Shown: positions 62,058-64,000 of the stretch, in pieces
How positions within the stretch are numbered: the stretch's first letter is position 1
Layout of the letters: each line of letters begins with the position of its first letter
Assembly: GCA_965116075.1 (NCBI GenBank)
Contig: OZ220467.1
Coordinates: 1,722,509 to 1,786,508 of the forward strand
Reading direction: 5' to 3'
DNA length: 64,000 nt
Source: Thermodesulfobacteriota bacterium
Lineage (GTDB): Bacteria > Desulfobacterota_D > UBA1144 > Nemesobacterales > Nemesobacteraceae
Position numbers and translations under genes: made by a program
The notes under the pieces: model-generated
What the model saw: the letters and a program-made list of their open reading frames with translations, nothing else
What the model was told of the DNA's origin: nothing
The model's database searches: none

Positions 62058-63509
62058 TTATTTCCCCAACTGCTCCAGAGCTTCTTCCTCAACACCCGTC
62101 ACCGCATAACACATTCTGTTGCCAACTTTTTCCCGTCTAACCACAAGATAGTCCTTGAGACTTTCACGGAAATCCGTAGTGACTAGAATGTTCCAAGCGC
62201 GTGCTGTGCTACAAAGAACTTTCGCTTCATCAACCACAGATTTTGCAAATAGAGAAACGTCTGCTTCGGTAGAACTTGGAAAAATAGTTGAGGAAATTCC
62301 TATCTTAAGTTTGATTTCATGCAAACCGGGACTTAGGCGTCCTGACGCACTGGCGAAAAATTGAATCATCTCAACTGCTGAGCATACAGAACTCAGTTTT
62401 GCTGAAATATCCGTCGCAACGTTCGAATTAGTAAAAAACACTACAACCTCATCTCTTAACATAGCCTCCACATCTCCTCTGAAAGAAGTAACGGTTTCTG
62501 AGATAGATTTTCTGTATTTAGCCATAAGTGAATTAATATCAGACGGAGAGAGTCCTTGAACCACGTTCTCATACTCTGCTATTCTTATGACAACAACGCA
62601 GAGTTCAGTACCACTGCCCTGTTGAGAGTCATAAGCGTTATCACCGGCAGAGTCAGTTGTTCTCTGGACAGTTTTAACATCCATATCGCTGGAAACATCC
62701 ACATCAACGATTTCGATAACTTCGTGCTCTGTTATATCTTCATCTTGTTCCACAATGGTCTCTCTATCTTTTTGGTTCTCCATACCCTCTATTTCTTCAT
62801 GTGTACCGGCCTGTGGCTGGAAAACCTCTTGCTGCTCAGGCAAAAGATCAACAAATTCAATTTCAGACTCCTCCGTGTCATCTGTGGCTGTGGGCTTATT
62901 TTCAAGAGAAAAGACCATTTCATTGAACTCACGGCAAAGTCTCTTCACTCTTTTACCAGCAGATGGAAAGGAGTTTTCATCAAGACTGACGCGGTAATTT
63001 CCGCGAGCAACAGAATTTATCCCCTTTGAAAACTCCTCAAGGAACCGAAAAGATCTGGAATTCACAAAGCGGATAAAGTAAGAGAGTATGGCGGCCATCA
63101 AGGCACCGAACAATATACTCCAGAGCAAAGAATCGGAGTAAAACCTGTTGTTGACCGGTTTTATCCCCATAAGAATTTTTTTTCCTTCCGGTCCACTTAG
63201 GGCAAGTTTTGTATAACCCTCGTCTTGCTGATAACCAAAACTCTTTTCAGTAATTCCATTCTCATCAAGAAGTCTCACATATCCAACATCGCTTCTTGTA
63301 TTGAGAACAGCTTTTGCTCGTTCAGTGAAAAATTCTTCTTCCTCAAATATCTCATCCATCTCCATGACTCTGAGAGTCGCATATCTTTCTGGAAAATATA
63401 GATACTGGAACAGAAAAATCGTTAAAGAACAAAGCAAAAAACAAACGATATATATATAAGGGAAAGAGGCAAAGCCTGAAAAGTCTTTGCGGTTTCTCGA
63501 AGAACTCAA
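62058..63509 (-). CDS. Membrane protein with HAMP domain, acidic linker and degenerate class III nucleotide cyclase-like domain
   Basis: 2 TM helices, VARGNYRVSL..EFNEM (HAMP), cyclase-like LCVVVIRIAEY..FRGDVEAMLRDEVVVFF..LKIGISS..ILVT. Confidence 0.6.
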   Translation of the reverse strand: MSSSRNRKDFSGFASFPYIYIVCFLLCSLTIFLFQYLYFPERYATLRVMEMDEIFEEEEFFTERAKAVLNTRSDVGYVRLLDENGITEKSFGYQQDEGYTKLALSGPEGKKILMGIKPVNNRFYSDSLLWSILFGALMAAILSYFIRFVNSRSFRFLEEFSKGINSVARGNYRVSLDENSFPSAGKRVKRLCREFNEMVFSLENKPTATDDTEESEIEFVDLLPEQQEVFQPQAGTHEEIEGMENQKDRETIVEQDEDITEHEVIEIVDVDVSSDMDVKTVQRTTDSAGDNAYDSQQGSGTELCVVVIRIAEYENVVQGLSPSDINSLMAKYRKSISETVTSFRGDVEAMLRDEVVVFFTNSNVATDISAKLSSVCSAVEMIQFFASASGRLSPGLHEIKLKIGISSTIFPSSTEADVSLFAKSVVDEAKVLCSTARAWNILVTTDFRESLKDYLVVRREKVGNRMCYAVTGVEEEALEQLGK

Positions 63510-63619
63510 ATCAGTTTCCTACTAAACCACCGGGAGGCAATACCCCAGCAGAACAATTACAAATTAGTTGGTAATTATAATCCAGCCTAAGAAAAAGACT
63601 AACTCTAAGCACAGAGAAA

Positions 63620-63874
63620 TCAGGTGGGGATAACTGAAACGTTGGTTCTGCCCTTTGCCGACTTTTCAAATTTCACCACTCCGTTACAGAGAGCGAATAT
63701 GGTATGGTCTCTTCCAAGCCCCACGTTGGAACCGGGTTTCATTCTTGTGCCACGCTGTCTGACTATTATATTACCGCTTACTACTTGCTGGCCTCCAAAC
63801 TTCTTTACCCCGAGGCGCCTACCTACAGAGTCTCTTCCATTTTTGGAACTTCCACCACCTTTTTTTGTCGACAT
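63620..63874 (-). CDS. rpmA: 50S ribosomal protein L27
   Basis: [34 protein letters not shown]. Confidence 0.98.
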   Translation of the reverse strand: MSTKKGGGSSKNGRDSVGRRLGVKKFGGQQVVSGNIIVRQRGTRMKPGSNVGLGRDHTIFALCNGVVKFEKSAKGRTNVSVIPT

Positions 63875-63892
63875 ATATTCGGCCTCCGCAAA

Positions 63893-64000
63893 TTAAGCAC
63901 TTATGTTAGTGATTTCAACTCTAGTCAGTTCCTGACGATGACCAGCTTTTCTCCTATATCCTTTTCTTCTCTTGAATTTGAAGATCACAAGCTTTTCTCC
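63893..64000 (-). CDS. rplU: 50S ribosomal protein L21, C-terminal part (runs off the window end)
   Basis: Manual translation [35 protein letters not shown]. Confidence 0.95.
   Translation of the reverse strand, partial: GEKLVIFKFKRRKGYRRKAGHRQELTRVEITNISA

Overview
A 64-kb, moderately AT-rich bacterial chromosome segment. Gene content and the IS/surface-protein repertoire suggest a deltaproteobacteria-like marine or host-associated organism, possibly Dadabacteria (inference only). The backbone is housekeeping: trxB (partial), ygfZ-like, mreBCD-mrdA-rodA, a complete A2-type caa3 oxidase cluster, pepF-like, carA, nfi, gshB, gatCA, rsmI, tRNA-Ser, rpsB-tsf-pyrH-frr, serS, bamD, two dksA paralogues, prmA, mtnA, an NSS transporter, tRNA-Asn, rpoH, alaS, rpmA and rplU (partial). 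There are four accessory patches. (1) At ~29.55-36.3 kb, a GC-richer defence-like island carries an intact three-gene ubiquitination-like operon: a Ubl ending in -DDNS with no C-terminal Gly, an E2-like protein with Ser instead of Cys, and a JAB-E1 fusion. It converges on a papain-like peptidase gene broken by one 5-bp duplication. The island also holds an IS630-type MITE, a decayed ABC/SMC-like ATPase and an AlbA_2 protein. (2) At 44.8-51.6 kb, a cassette bounded by ~60-bp inverted repeats holds two tandem collagen+RTX lipoprotein genes. Their promoters have a poly-G tract in the -35/-10 spacer, and one tract is interrupted by an ISAs1 element. (3) A Cache-domain surface protein with a C-terminal sorting signal and a G17 tract lies at 17.9-19.5 kb. 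(4) An AbiE toxin-antitoxin remnant with a dead toxin lies next to tRNA-Asn.
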